DNA from: Candidatus Omnitrophota bacterium
GTDB taxonomy: Bacteria; Omnitrophota; Gorgyraeia; Gygaellales; Profunditerraquicolaceae
Direction: 5' to 3'
NCBI GenBank assembly: GCA_022710715.1
Contig: JAKLGJ010000002.1
Location: 17,590-81,589 of the forward strand
DNA: 64,000 bases
Part shown: positions 9,696-19,215 of the stretch, piece by piece
How positions within the stretch are numbered: position 1 is the stretch's first letter
How the letters are laid out: every line of letters begins with the position of its first letter
The notes under the pieces: generated by a model
Databases searched by the model: none
Told to the model about the DNA's origin: nothing
The model's input: the letters and a program-made list of their open reading frames with translations, nothing else
Position numbers and translations under genes: made by a program

Positions 9696-10892
9696 TCATC
9701 CTCCTTTGATTTTCATGCCGAAGTCAACGCCGAACTGATAACACGCTTTCAATTCTTTCTCATCCGGCATGAATCTGATCCCCAACGACGGCAGTGCCGG
9801 TTCGATCCCGGCTTCTTTTACCACTGCCTCGATCTCTTTAACCGCTCCGCCGGCCCAGCCGTATGAGCCGAATGCTCCGGCAAGGCGTTTCTTGGGCTTG
9901 AACCCTTTAACCAGTTCCAGGAACCCGGCGATAGCCGGCAGCATGTCGTTATCATGGGTGGATGAACCGAAAAGAAAACCTTTGGCGTCGAGCATTTCGG
10001 TGATCACCTGGGTGCGGTCGGTTTCGGCGACATTATACAGCGCGAACTCCACTCCGGCGTCACGCAATCCCTCGGAGATAGCGCGGGCCATTCTTTCCGT
10101 AGCGCCCCACATGGTTTCGTAGGCGATCACAACTTTATCTGCGGGTTCTTGCTTTGCCCAGGCGGCATAGGCATGGACGATCTTCAGGGGATCCTTGCGC
10201 CAGATGATCCCGTGACTGGGAGCGATCATGCTGATGGCCAGATCGAGTTTCCGGACTTCTTCGAGTTTACGCAGGATAAGCGTAGACAGCGGCCAGAGAA
10301 TATTGGCGTAGTAGGTTTTAGCTTCATCCATCAGCGCGCACTGGTCCACCTCGTCGTCAAAACGTTCGGACGAAGCCAGGTGCTGACCGAACGCGTCGTT
10401 AGGCAAAAGCAGTTCTTCCTGCGGGCAATACGTGAACATGCTGTCCGGCCAGTGGATCATGGGCGCTTCCATGAAGGTTAGAGAGCGTTTGCCCAGAGAC
10501 AGCGTATCCCCGGTTTTGACCACCTGAAAAGTCCAGTCGCCGAAATAATGCTTATAGAGGCCTTCTTTGCATTTTTCCGTCCCGAGAACTATAGCCTGCG
10601 GACAGAGCCGCATCAATGCCGGAAGCGCGCCGGAATGATCGGTCTCCACATGGTTGGCGATAATATAATCTATCCTGGCCGGGTCTACGATCTCGCGAAT
10701 GCGCGCGATCATTTCCCCGGCGAACGGTCCGAATACCGTATCCACCAGACAAATCTTCTCATCTACGATCAGATAGGCGTTATAAGTAGTGCCGCGCTTG
10801 GTAGTATAGGTATGGCCGTGAAAAGAGCGCACGTTCCAATCCACCACCCCCACCCAGTAAATACCTTTCTTGAGTTCGATCGGCTTCATCAT
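9696..10892 (-). CDS. fprA: Flavodiiron protein (rubredoxin:oxygen / NO oxidoreductase, FprA/Roo).
   Basis: 398 aa with an N-terminal metallo-beta-lactamase-like diiron domain (HVETDHSGA) and a C-terminal flavodoxin domain (VIAYETMWGATERMA). Confidence 0.9.
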   Translation of the reverse strand: MMKPIELKKGIYWVGVVDWNVRSFHGHTYTTKRGTTYNAYLIVDEKICLVDTVFGPFAGEMIARIREIVDPARIDYIIANHVETDHSGALPALMRLCPQAIVLGTEKCKEGLYKHYFGDWTFQVVKTGDTLSLGKRSLTFMEAPMIHWPDSMFTYCPQEELLLPNDAFGQHLASSERFDDEVDQCALMDEAKTYYANILWPLSTLILRKLEEVRKLDLAISMIAPSHGIIWRKDPLKIVHAYAAWAKQEPADKVVIAYETMWGATERMARAISEGLRDAGVEFALYNVAETDRTQVITEMLDAKGFLFGSSTHDNDMLPAIAGFLELVKGFKPKKRLAGAFGSYGWAGGAVKEIEAVVKEAGIEPALPSLGIRFMPDEKELKACYQFGVDFGMKIKGG

Positions 10893-10944
10893 TCACCTCT
10901 TTCCGGCGACATACGGCGTCGCCTGCGCCTGCGCGACGTAGCGA

Positions 10945-11643
10945 TTATTCGACCGGCACGAATTTGGTCTTGTCCACGCCGCACACAGGACATGACCAGT
11001 TATCAGGTAGTTCCGCAAACGGGGTGCCCGCAGCGACCCCGCTATCGGGATCTCCCAGCGCCGGGTCATAGATATAATTGCAGACCGTGCAGCGGTATTT
11101 TGGCATTGCCGGCCCGGCAGCAGTTGCGGCTGCGATTCGCATATAGGTCGGAGCCGACGGAGGGGTCGTGCCGCGCTTGACCTGATGGTAATAATCATAG
11201 GTCATTACCCGGCCGGCTCCGGTTACTTCCGCAGTCACCATCTCTCCCAGGAATACGGTATGCGTTCCGCAGTCAAACTCGCAGATGACTTTAGCTTCAA
11301 GATAACCCACGGCGTAATCCAGAACTGCCGGACAGCCGGATTCCAGAATTCTATACTGCACGTTCACGAATTTATCCGTCTCCCGGCCGCTCTTGAATCC
11401 GAACGCGCCGATAAAGGCAAGCGGGGTTTCTTCCGACAGGATCGATGCGGAAAAACGCTTGCCGGCACGGATATACTCATGCGTGAGGTTGTTCTTATTG
11501 ATGCTGACGGCCAGGGTTATCGGAGAGTTGGTGATTTGAAACAGGGTATTGACGATCTGGCCGTTGAGCTTTTCCGCCCGGTTGGCGCAGACGATATACA
11601 TTCCATAGCTGATGTTATGCAGGATATTCGTGTCCATGGGCAT
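10945..11643 (-). CDS. hrb: High-molecular-weight rubredoxin: flavin reductase-like domain fused to a C-terminal rubredoxin domain.
   Basis: 232 aa. The N-terminal part has the flavin-reductase-like FMN-binding split barrel. The C-terminal 55 aa, [44 protein letters not shown], is a complete rubredoxin. Confidence 0.8.
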   Translation of the reverse strand: MPMDTNILHNISYGMYIVCANRAEKLNGQIVNTLFQITNSPITLAVSINKNNLTHEYIRAGKRFSASILSEETPLAFIGAFGFKSGRETDKFVNVQYRILESGCPAVLDYAVGYLEAKVICEFDCGTHTVFLGEMVTAEVTGAGRVMTYDYYHQVKRGTTPPSAPTYMRIAAATAAGPAMPKYRCTVCNYIYDPALGDPDSGVAAGTPFAELPDNWSCPVCGVDKTKFVPVE

Positions 11644-11649
11644 ATTATA

Positions 11650-12606
11650 TCACAGTCCTGCGGCTTTAATAACTCCCTTGACCGCTTCGGCGGATTTCCG
11701 AAAAGCTTCCTGCTCTTGCGGCTCCAGGTCTAATCGGAGAATCTGCTTGACCCCGTTGCGATTGACCACTGCCGGAAGGCTCAAATAAACATCGGAAACC
11801 CCGAGGTAATTATCCACCAATGACGATACCGGCAAGATGGCGTTCTCGTCATTGAGAATAGCCTGGGTAATGCGCACCAACGCCAGACCGATGCCGTATG
11901 AGGTTTCGCCTTTACGCTCAATGATCTGATAAGCCGAATCGCGAACTTCGCCGAAGATCTGATTGAACTCGAATTCCCGGCGACAGAGATTATTGTTCGG
12001 GCATACCGAACAGTACTGCCGGAAGAGAACGCCGCCGATCATGGCTTTGCTCCAGACCGCGAATTCGGTGTCGCCGTGCTCGCCAAGGATATACGCGTGG
12101 ATATTGTGCGGATCGACCCCGCAATGTTTACTCAACAGGAAACGGAACCGCGCAGTATCCAGTACCGTGCCGGAACTCAACACTTCCCGCCAGGGCTTGC
12201 CGGATATTTTGTACGCGGCAAAGGCAAGCACATCCACGGGATTGGTCACGATCAGCTGCAAAGCCTGCGGGGCATGGCTCATGATCTCCGGGATCATGAT
12301 TTTGAACAGATCCACGTTATCTTTAGCCAGCTCGGTCCGGGTCTGCCCGGGTTTCTGTTTCTTGCCGGCAGTCACCACGACCAGATCGGAATCCCTGATG
12401 GCAGCGTAATCCCCGGCTACCACCTCGACGGGAGAGATGTACGGAGCGCCGTGGGAAAGATCCATCACTTCCCCCTCCAGCCGCTTGCGGTCAAGATCGA
12501 CGATGACGATCTGCCGGGCCAATCCCCTGATCATCAGCGCGTAAGCATAACGCATACCCACATTGCCGCAGCCGATAATCGAAACTTTCGGTTTAAGCTG
12601 TTCCAT
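11650..12606 (-). CDS. ldh: L-lactate/malate dehydrogenase family NAD-dependent dehydrogenase.
   Basis: From the ATG at 12606 with RBS GGAGGATGCGAC: MEQLKPKVSIIGCGNVGM, a Rossmann GxGxxG, then ITAG, and catalytic Arg and His in DTARFRF and ILGEHGDT. The 66-codon N-terminal extension of the ORF was rejected. Confidence 0.8.
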   Translation of the reverse strand: MEQLKPKVSIIGCGNVGMRYAYALMIRGLARQIVIVDLDRKRLEGEVMDLSHGAPYISPVEVVAGDYAAIRDSDLVVVTAGKKQKPGQTRTELAKDNVDLFKIMIPEIMSHAPQALQLIVTNPVDVLAFAAYKISGKPWREVLSSGTVLDTARFRFLLSKHCGVDPHNIHAYILGEHGDTEFAVWSKAMIGGVLFRQYCSVCPNNNLCRREFEFNQIFGEVRDSAYQIIERKGETSYGIGLALVRITQAILNDENAILPVSSLVDNYLGVSDVYLSLPAVVNRNGVKQILRLDLEPQEQEAFRKSAEAVKGVIKAAGL

Positions 12607-12617
12607 GTCGCATCCTC

Positions 12618-13487
12618 CTACACGTCGATTTTGAATACGTTGCGGATGACCAGGCCGATCAGGAAATTGATCGCCGCCACCCCCAGACTGATCCCGGCCA
12701 TCTCCAGAAAACGTTTTTTGAAATTCAATCCCTTCGCCACGGAGATATAATAGGTAAAAATGAAAATAATGGTGACCGCCGTTATAAGCACCAGCCCCAG
12801 ACAAACAGATAGATTATCCAGGAGCAGGTACGGCAGGATCAGAAGCGTTACCGTCAGCACGTACGCGCCGCCGGTAATAAGCGACGCTTTCAGGGGATCT
12901 TTCTGCGTATCTTCCTGCTTGGTGGAAAGATATTCCGAAGCGGCCATGGACAGAGAAGCGGCGATGCCGGTGATCAGACCCACCAGCGCCACCAGCCGGG
13001 TATTCTGCAAAGCCAGGGTAAATCCCACCAGCGCGCCGGTTAACTCCACCAGAGCATCGTTGAGCCCCAGAACCACCGAGCTGGCGTACTTGAGCCGATC
13101 TTCGTCGACCAGATCTATCAGTTCATTCTCGTGCCGGCCTTCATCGGCGATGATCTTCTCCACCTGCGGCGCGACCTGCCGTATCCGGCCGTAGGCCGCC
13201 TGCGCCATGTCCTCGCCTTTTTCCAGCAATTTGAGCCCGAAAGTCAACCCGAACACCCGGGAAATGACTATGAAAAACGCGACCTTTCCCGCAGCCGGCG
13301 CCACATCTACGCCGGTGAGAGATTTCCATATCTCATAATGCGCCTGCTCATCCCGGGCGATCCCTTCCAGGATCGCGGCCTGGCGTTTATCCTTAAGCCG
13401 GCCGGCCAGCGTGCGATAAATGAGATGTTCGGTGATCTCGTTTTCCTGGGACGTGCGGATAACTTTCAGAAGTTCCGGGCTAAGCAT
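12618..13487 (-). CDS. Membrane-bound ferritin-like protein: ferritin-like (erythrin) domain fused to a VIT1/CCC1 iron transporter domain (MbfA-like).
   Basis: The N-terminal about 120 aa hold paired E..H diiron motifs (ENEITEHLIY, EQAHYEIW, EGRHENEL). The C-terminus is a VIT-family domain with 5 TM helices. Confidence 0.75.
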   Translation of the reverse strand: MLSPELLKVIRTSQENEITEHLIYRTLAGRLKDKRQAAILEGIARDEQAHYEIWKSLTGVDVAPAAGKVAFFIVISRVFGLTFGLKLLEKGEDMAQAAYGRIRQVAPQVEKIIADEGRHENELIDLVDEDRLKYASSVVLGLNDALVELTGALVGFTLALQNTRLVALVGLITGIAASLSMAASEYLSTKQEDTQKDPLKASLITGGAYVLTVTLLILPYLLLDNLSVCLGLVLITAVTIIFIFTYYISVAKGLNFKKRFLEMAGISLGVAAINFLIGLVIRNVFKIDV

Positions 13488-16191
13488 GCATCCCCCGCCT
13501 CTTGATCAGCTTAAACAGTTCCATCGCCCACAGCGGAAGTGAAGCAAGGCCGATTACCAGGCACCAGTCGAACAAACCCAGCGGTTCGGTCTTGAAGACC
13601 GTCTGGAGAAACGGCACGTAGACCACCGCCATCTGCAGACTGAAAGACATCAGATTCGCCGCGATCAGCTGGGGATTGCTGAATATGCCCAGCTTGAACA
13701 AAGACTCGGTCATGCTGCGGCAGTTGAAAGCGTGGAAAAGCTGCGCGCAGGACAGGACCACGAATGCGGCGGTGCGCGCCCGGTCGATCCCTTCTTTCTC
13801 CACGAAAAGCACGAAACTGAAAGCCGCTAAACTGCAAAAAGCGATAAACGCTCCCTGCATCACCATTAACCGCGCCCCCTGTCCGGTGACAACTTTCTCT
13901 CCGGCTGAACGCGGCGGACGCTGCATGATATGCGGATCCACCGGGTCAAGGCCTAAAGCCAGCGCAGGCAGCCCGTCGGTGACCAGGTTGACCCAAAGGA
14001 TATGAATAGGCAGGAGGGGAATGGGCCAACCGATCAGGGTGGAAATAAACATAACCAGGATCTCTCCGACGTTACACGAGAGCAGATAATGGATGAATTT
14101 TTTGATATTGTCGTAAATACCGCGGCCCTCTTCCACCGCCGAAACGATCGAAGCGAAATTATCGTCGGTAACGACCATATCCGAAACTTCCTTGGTCACA
14201 TCCGTACCGGTAATGCCCATGGCTACTCCGATATCCGCTTCTTTGACTGCGGGCGCATCATTGACACCGTCGCCGGTCATCGCTACCACCTGATTGCGGC
14301 TGCGCCAGGCGCGTACGATCCGCAGTTTATGCTCGGGAGATACCCGGGCATACACCGGAATCTGTTCGATCCGTGATGCAAAAGCTTCTTCATCCAGCGC
14401 ATCGAGCTCTTCTCCGGTCAATGCCAGCGAATCCTGGTGAAAGAATCCCAATGCTTTAGCAATCGCCACGGCAGTGGCTTTGTGATCGCCGGTGATCATT
14501 ACCGTCCTGATACCCGCCGCTTTGCACAATTTCATGGCTTCGCGCACTTCCGGCCGGGGCGGATCGATCATCGCGATCAAACCCAGGAAGATCAAATCCC
14601 GCTCGATCAGCCTGGCTTCATAGGCATCCGGCGGGGCGGTGAAAGGCCGATAGGCAACCGCCAGAACGCGCATCGCCTGATTCGCCAGCGCATCGTTCTG
14701 TCTTACTATCTCTTCTTTATCCCCGGTGGTCATCGGGCGCACCGCGCCCTGGGATTCGATCTTCACGCAAACATCCAGCAGCATATCCGGGGCGCCTTTG
14801 ACAAAAGCGACATACTGGCCGCCGGCGTTTTTGCGCACCATGGTCATCTGTTTGCGTTCGGAATCGAACGGTATTTCCTGAACGAATTCATAGGCTGCTT
14901 CGGTATCTTTTTTCCATATCCCGGCCTTCGCCGCTACGGTCAACAGGGCGGCTTCGGTAGGATCGCCGGCGATCTTGAATCCGCCGTCCATCTGTGTCAG
15001 CTGCGCGCCGTTACACAGCACGCTGCTCTGCAGGGTTTTAAGCAGCTCGGGAATGTGCCCGGCCTCCACGGATTTTCCGTCGAGCAAAAACGTTCCCCGG
15101 GGCTCATATCCCACTCCGGACACCGAGAAGAGCCGGCCGCCGGCATAGACCGCCTGCACGGTCATTTCGTTCTTGGTCAGCGTCCCGGTTTTATCCGAAC
15201 AGATCACCGTAGCGCATCCGAGAGTTTCTACGGAAGGCAGCTTGCGGATCAACGCGTGTCGTTTTACCATGCGCTGCACGCCCATGGCCAGCGAGATAGT
15301 CACCACAGCGGGTAAGCCTTCGGGAATAGCCGCCACCGCAAGGCTGACCGCGGTCAGAAACATCTGTATCAGATTCTCTTTATTCACTCCGGCGCGGATC
15401 AGCCCCAGGGCAAAAACCAGCCCCACCAGCACAAAGCAGACATACACGATCGACTTGCCGAATTCTTCCAGCTTTTTCTGCAGCGGGGTCTCTTCCTGGC
15501 CGATATCCTGGATCATGCCGGCGATCTTGCCCAGCTCGGTCTGCATGCCGGTATCCAGAATGATCGCCCGAGCCTTGCCAGCGACCACCGCAGTGCCCAT
15601 ATATACCATATTCGCCCGATCAGCCAGCGCGTATTCTTTGGCTTCATCCAGCGCCAGAGTAGTTTTAGTTACCGGAGTAGACTCGCCGGTAAGGCTGGCT
15701 TCACTGGTGGCGAAATTGGTGGTCAACCAGACCAGCCGGCCGTCCGCCGGCACGTTGTCGCCGGCTTCCAATTCGACCAGATCGCCGGGTACGATCTGCG
15801 CGGAAGGCAGCACAAGCATGGTCCCGCCCCGGATAATTTTTGAGGAAGGACTGGATAGTTTTTTTAACGCGGCCAGAGCTTTTTCCGCCCGGAATTCCTG
15901 GATAAAACCGAGCACGGCGTTTAAAATGACGATGGTTATGATAGCCAGGGCGTCGACGAATTCTTTCATGAAACCCGAGACCAGCGCCGCGCCGGCCAGA
16001 ACCCAGATCATGAAATCCTGGAACTGGCCGAAGAAAATCTTCCAGGGGCTGGTTCCCTGTTTTTCCTTTAATGCGTTCGGCCCGTATTTTTCCAAACGAG
16101 CGGACGCTTCTGCCGGAGCAATACCGCCAACGGAATCGGTGCCAAGCTTTGCTGCAAGATCGGGGTAATCGGATTGCCAGGGCTGTTTCAT
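13480..16191 (-). CDS. P-type cation-transporting ATPase, type IIA (Ca2+-ATPase-like).
   Basis: CSDKTGTLT phosphorylation motif, [10 protein letters not shown] hinge, [10 protein letters not shown], and about 10 TM helices. The start was placed at the ATG at 16191 ([12 protein letters not shown]...). Confidence 0.85.
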   Translation of the reverse strand: MKQPWQSDYPDLAAKLGTDSVGGIAPAEASARLEKYGPNALKEKQGTSPWKIFFGQFQDFMIWVLAGAALVSGFMKEFVDALAIITIVILNAVLGFIQEFRAEKALAALKKLSSPSSKIIRGGTMLVLPSAQIVPGDLVELEAGDNVPADGRLVWLTTNFATSEASLTGESTPVTKTTLALDEAKEYALADRANMVYMGTAVVAGKARAIILDTGMQTELGKIAGMIQDIGQEETPLQKKLEEFGKSIVYVCFVLVGLVFALGLIRAGVNKENLIQMFLTAVSLAVAAIPEGLPAVVTISLAMGVQRMVKRHALIRKLPSVETLGCATVICSDKTGTLTKNEMTVQAVYAGGRLFSVSGVGYEPRGTFLLDGKSVEAGHIPELLKTLQSSVLCNGAQLTQMDGGFKIAGDPTEAALLTVAAKAGIWKKDTEAAYEFVQEIPFDSERKQMTMVRKNAGGQYVAFVKGAPDMLLDVCVKIESQGAVRPMTTGDKEEIVRQNDALANQAMRVLAVAYRPFTAPPDAYEARLIERDLIFLGLIAMIDPPRPEVREAMKLCKAAGIRTVMITGDHKATAVAIAKALGFFHQDSLALTGEELDALDEEAFASRIEQIPVYARVSPEHKLRIVRAWRSRNQVVAMTGDGVNDAPAVKEADIGVAMGITGTDVTKEVSDMVVTDDNFASIVSAVEEGRGIYDNIKKFIHYLLSCNVGEILVMFISTLIGWPIPLLPIHILWVNLVTDGLPALALGLDPVDPHIMQRPPRSAGEKVVTGQGARLMVMQGAFIAFCSLAAFSFVLFVEKEGIDRARTAAFVVLSCAQLFHAFNCRSMTESLFKLGIFSNPQLIAANLMSFSLQMAVVYVPFLQTVFKTEPLGLFDWCLVIGLASLPLWAMELFKLIKRRGMHA

Positions 16192-16213
16192 GCATTTCCT
16201 CCCTATAAAACGG

Positions 16214-17224
16214 TTAAACAAATATTCCCGGTATCTTCTGCCGGCAGAACACGCAGCAGTCATCTTTGATATTGAACGCGACGACTTCAAACCCTTCCCG
16301 CTTGATCACGGTTTTCCCGCAGCGCGAACATACCGTATCGCTGCCCCAGCCGGAAACATTCCCCGGATAGACATAGCGCAAGCCGGCCCGGCGGCCGCAT
16401 TGTTCGGCTTTCTTCAATGTTTCTTCGGGAGTGGGTTTTGTTTCGTTGAATTTATACTGCGGGAAAAAGCGCGAAATGTGCCAGGGCAGATCTTTATCCA
16501 CGCTGGCGAGAAAATCGGCGATCCCTCCCAATTCCTCGTCCGAATCATTGGAACCGGGGACCACCAGCGTGGTCACTTCCACCCAGATCCCCAGCGTACG
16601 CATCAGGCGGATGGAATCCAGTACCGGCTGCAGATCGCCGCCGCAGATGGTTTTATACGATTGAGCGTTAAAATACTTCAGGTCGATATTGGCCGCATCC
16701 AGATACGGCGCTATCATTTCGATCGCCTGCGCGGTCATAAAGCCGTTAGTGACAAACACATTCTTTAAGCCCTGTTGCCGGGCCAGCTGCGCCGTTTCAT
16801 ACGCCAGCTCGAAATAAATAGTCGGTTCGGTATAGGTATACGCGATGCTCGCGCAGCCGGTATGTTCGGCGGAAGAAACGATTTCCTCCGGCCGATACTC
16901 CCGGGTCTTGGGAATGGTGCCGTCCCGGACCGAGAGCTGGGAAATTTCCCAGTTCTGGCAGAATCCGCAGCGAAAATTACAGCCGGCAGTGGCCACCGAA
17001 TAACTCGGCGTGCCGGGAAGAAAATGATAGAGGGGTTTCTTTTCGATGGGATCGACATGCGCGGCGATGAGCTTACCGAACGTATGGGTAACCAGTTCTC
17101 CGGCCTTGTTCTGACGAACCCCGCAGATACCAAACGCGTTGTCGGCGATACGGCAGTGATGCGCACAGAGATAACAATGCACCCGCTGATCTTCCAGTTT
17201 CTCATACAACAGCGCTTCTTTCAT
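16214..17224 (-). CDS. AmmeMemoRadiSam system radical SAM enzyme (AmrS-like).
   Basis: The N-terminal Cys-rich motif HCYLCAHHCRIADNAFGICGVR is characteristic of the AmrS family. The radical SAM CNFRCGFC (Cx3Cx2C) motif follows. 336 aa. Confidence 0.75.
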   Translation of the reverse strand: MKEALLYEKLEDQRVHCYLCAHHCRIADNAFGICGVRQNKAGELVTHTFGKLIAAHVDPIEKKPLYHFLPGTPSYSVATAGCNFRCGFCQNWEISQLSVRDGTIPKTREYRPEEIVSSAEHTGCASIAYTYTEPTIYFELAYETAQLARQQGLKNVFVTNGFMTAQAIEMIAPYLDAANIDLKYFNAQSYKTICGGDLQPVLDSIRLMRTLGIWVEVTTLVVPGSNDSDEELGGIADFLASVDKDLPWHISRFFPQYKFNETKPTPEETLKKAEQCGRRAGLRYVYPGNVSGWGSDTVCSRCGKTVIKREGFEVVAFNIKDDCCVFCRQKIPGIFV

Positions 17225-17248
17225 CAGCTACACTCTCTTTCCCGCGGG

Positions 17249-18259
17249 TTACCTTTTCAATTTCTCGATCTCTGCGCACGTCAGCGGTTCGACTTCAAGC
17301 TGCGTGCCCTGCGCCTCGGGCAGACGCGAGTAACGGATGACTACGCTGGTCCTGCCTTTACGGCTGCAGAAAGCGCAGGCAATGCGCGCAGCCAGAACAA
17401 GCAACTGCTCATCGAACGCGCCCCGGCCCAGGCAGGTCGGCCCCCCGATATCATCCGGAGGCAAGAAGAGATAGTCGCCGGGCAAAGCCCGTTTCTCGAT
17501 CAGCAGATTCTCTTCTTCATCCCTGCCCACCACCAGGCGCGCCTGGCCGGACAGCCGGAAATGACGTCCGAGTTTAAGCAACTCGATTTCCGGAACGCTT
17601 AACTTCCCGTGCCGCATGAAATCGTCGAGGCGGCGACAGAATTCGATATCGGTGAGCAGGCATCCGCCGGCGGGATACGGAAAATCAGTTATCCCGCGCA
17701 TGATCGCCAGGTCGATCTGCGGCCGGCGCTCTCTGCCGTTAAACGCGAAAAGCTGTTCGCGCGCGATCCAACCCTGCTGTTCGGGTACCGTCGGTCCCAG
17801 CAGTTTGCCCGACAAAGGACGCAGGATCAGCCCCTGCAGTCCCGCCTCTTCATCGATGCGCACAATGGTATGCTTATGCTGCGACATCGGCCGCTGTCCG
17901 ACCACTTCGCCGGTAACGATGAATGCGGCGCCGAGTGGCGCAAGCATCTCGCGCGCTTTTTTCAGCATGAGCAGTCGGCAATCGATACAGGGATTCATGC
18001 GTTTGCCGAATCCGTGCGCCGGATGCTCCACCAGCCTGAAAAATTCCTCGTCCAGATCAACGACGTTCAATTCGATGCCGATGGTTGCAGCCAGCTGCCG
18101 GGCGTATTCTTCATGCGTCGTCTTGCCTTTACGCTTGCGCACCGAAAAAGGTATCCGGAAATAAACGCCGACGGTCTCTATGCCGGCGTCCTTGACGATC
18201 CTGGCGGCAAGAATGCTGTCCAGTCCTCCGGAAATAAGGGCAAGCGCTTTTATAGCCAT
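17249..18259 (-). CDS. PP-loop ATPase, ThiI-like sulfurtransferase domain without THUMP.
   Basis: The N-terminus ALISGGLDS is a PP-loop SGGxDS. NPCIDCRLLMLKKAREM...IVTGEVVGQ parallels the ThiI CxxCxR...IVTGExLGQ region. It has no N-terminal THUMP and carries about 170 extra C-terminal residues. Confidence 0.5.
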   Translation of the reverse strand: MAIKALALISGGLDSILAARIVKDAGIETVGVYFRIPFSVRKRKGKTTHEEYARQLAATIGIELNVVDLDEEFFRLVEHPAHGFGKRMNPCIDCRLLMLKKAREMLAPLGAAFIVTGEVVGQRPMSQHKHTIVRIDEEAGLQGLILRPLSGKLLGPTVPEQQGWIAREQLFAFNGRERRPQIDLAIMRGITDFPYPAGGCLLTDIEFCRRLDDFMRHGKLSVPEIELLKLGRHFRLSGQARLVVGRDEEENLLIEKRALPGDYLFLPPDDIGGPTCLGRGAFDEQLLVLAARIACAFCSRKGRTSVVIRYSRLPEAQGTQLEVEPLTCAEIEKLKR

Positions 18260-18363
18260 ACGAATGCTGTGTAGATGAATGCGTTAGGGATATGCGACTA
18301 TTATTTTAGCGTATGCCCGCTTAAGAGGCAACCAAAATCGGACAACGGCGCGTAATCACGCGA

Positions 18364-19107
18364 TCAGAATTTGAGGAAGAGTTTGGTCACGGCCATAAAA
18401 ATGATGCCCAGCAGGAATGCGATGAATGCCAGGGTGGATTTACGCAGCTTCTTCTCTTTGTGGATTTCAGGAATGAGATCCGAGGTAGCGATGTATATGA
18501 AGCCGCCCGCGGTCAACGGGAGGATATAGGAAGCGAATTGCTCGGAAGCTCCGGCGGCAAAATAACCTGCCACCGCGCCCAGCACCGCCATGAGCGCGGA
18601 CAGGAAGTTAAAAGCCAGCGCGCGGGACCTGGAGAATCCCCCGTAGATGAGTACGCCGAAATCGCCCAGTTCCTGCGGGACTTCATGCATGATCACTGCC
18701 AGAGTGGTGGCGATGCCCACCGGGACCGACACGGTATAACTTGCCGCGATCATCACTCCGTCGAGAAAATTGTGGAAGCCGTCGCCGATGAGGTTCAGAT
18801 AGGTGAAACCGTGCACCGGACAGGTGCCGTGCTCGTGGCAGTGACGCCAGTAGAAAAACCGCTCCATCAGGAAGAAGAGCACGATACCGACGATCAGCCA
18901 GGAAAAAACAAACGTGCTGTCCGCGGTTTCCAGCACTTCCGGCAGTATGTGCAGGAACGCACCGCCGATCAGCGCTCCGGCGGAGAAACCGATCAGATAA
19001 AAAAGAATGCGCTGGAGCAGATTCTCTTTTATCATCAGGCTGAAAATCCCCACCAGTGAAATTACACTGACCACGAACGTGCTGACGAGTATCCAGACAA
19101 ACGTCAT
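18364..19107 (-). CDS. zupT: ZIP family zinc/metal transporter (ZupT-like).
   Basis: 247 aa, about 8 TM helices, with HNFxDG and HEVPQELGDF motifs typical of ZIP transporters. Confidence 0.8.
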   Translation of the reverse strand: MTFVWILVSTFVVSVISLVGIFSLMIKENLLQRILFYLIGFSAGALIGGAFLHILPEVLETADSTFVFSWLIVGIVLFFLMERFFYWRHCHEHGTCPVHGFTYLNLIGDGFHNFLDGVMIAASYTVSVPVGIATTLAVIMHEVPQELGDFGVLIYGGFSRSRALAFNFLSALMAVLGAVAGYFAAGASEQFASYILPLTAGGFIYIATSDLIPEIHKEKKLRKSTLAFIAFLLGIIFMAVTKLFLKF

Positions 19108-19117
19108 AGGCGCGGTT

Positions 19118-19198
19118 TTAACCTAATGCCGGTTTTCTTCCGTGATTCGCCTTCTTGGAACGCCAGTTAAGCTTGCCTCTGCGTTTACGTTTTCCCAT
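19118..19198 (-). CDS. Tiny basic ORF (26 aa), possibly a Thx-like small ribosomal or ribosome-associated protein.
   Basis: Not in the ORF track. Hand translation: MGKRKRRGKLNWRSKKANHGRKPALG. An AAAGGA RBS sits 7 nt upstream. Composition and length resemble the 30S protein Thx (GKGDRRTRRGKIWRG...). Confidence 0.35.
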   Translation of the reverse strand: MGKRKRRGKLNWRSKKANHGRKPALG

Positions 19199-19215
19199 GG
19201 GAATCGTCCTTTCGA

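Noticed and set aside
12607-12804. 66-codon N-terminal extension on ldh, and similar long extensions on lgt, uvrC-like (137 codons), dus (85 codons), accA (32 codons), HAD and SOR.
   Set aside because: The extensions are low-complexity or Arg-rich and overlap upstream genes. In each case an internal ATG with a good RBS matches the family's known N-terminus.
18330-18363. Imperfect inverted repeat CGCGTAATCACGCG overlapping the zupT stop.
   Set aside because: It has two mismatches and no following T-run. It is too weak to call a terminator or operator.
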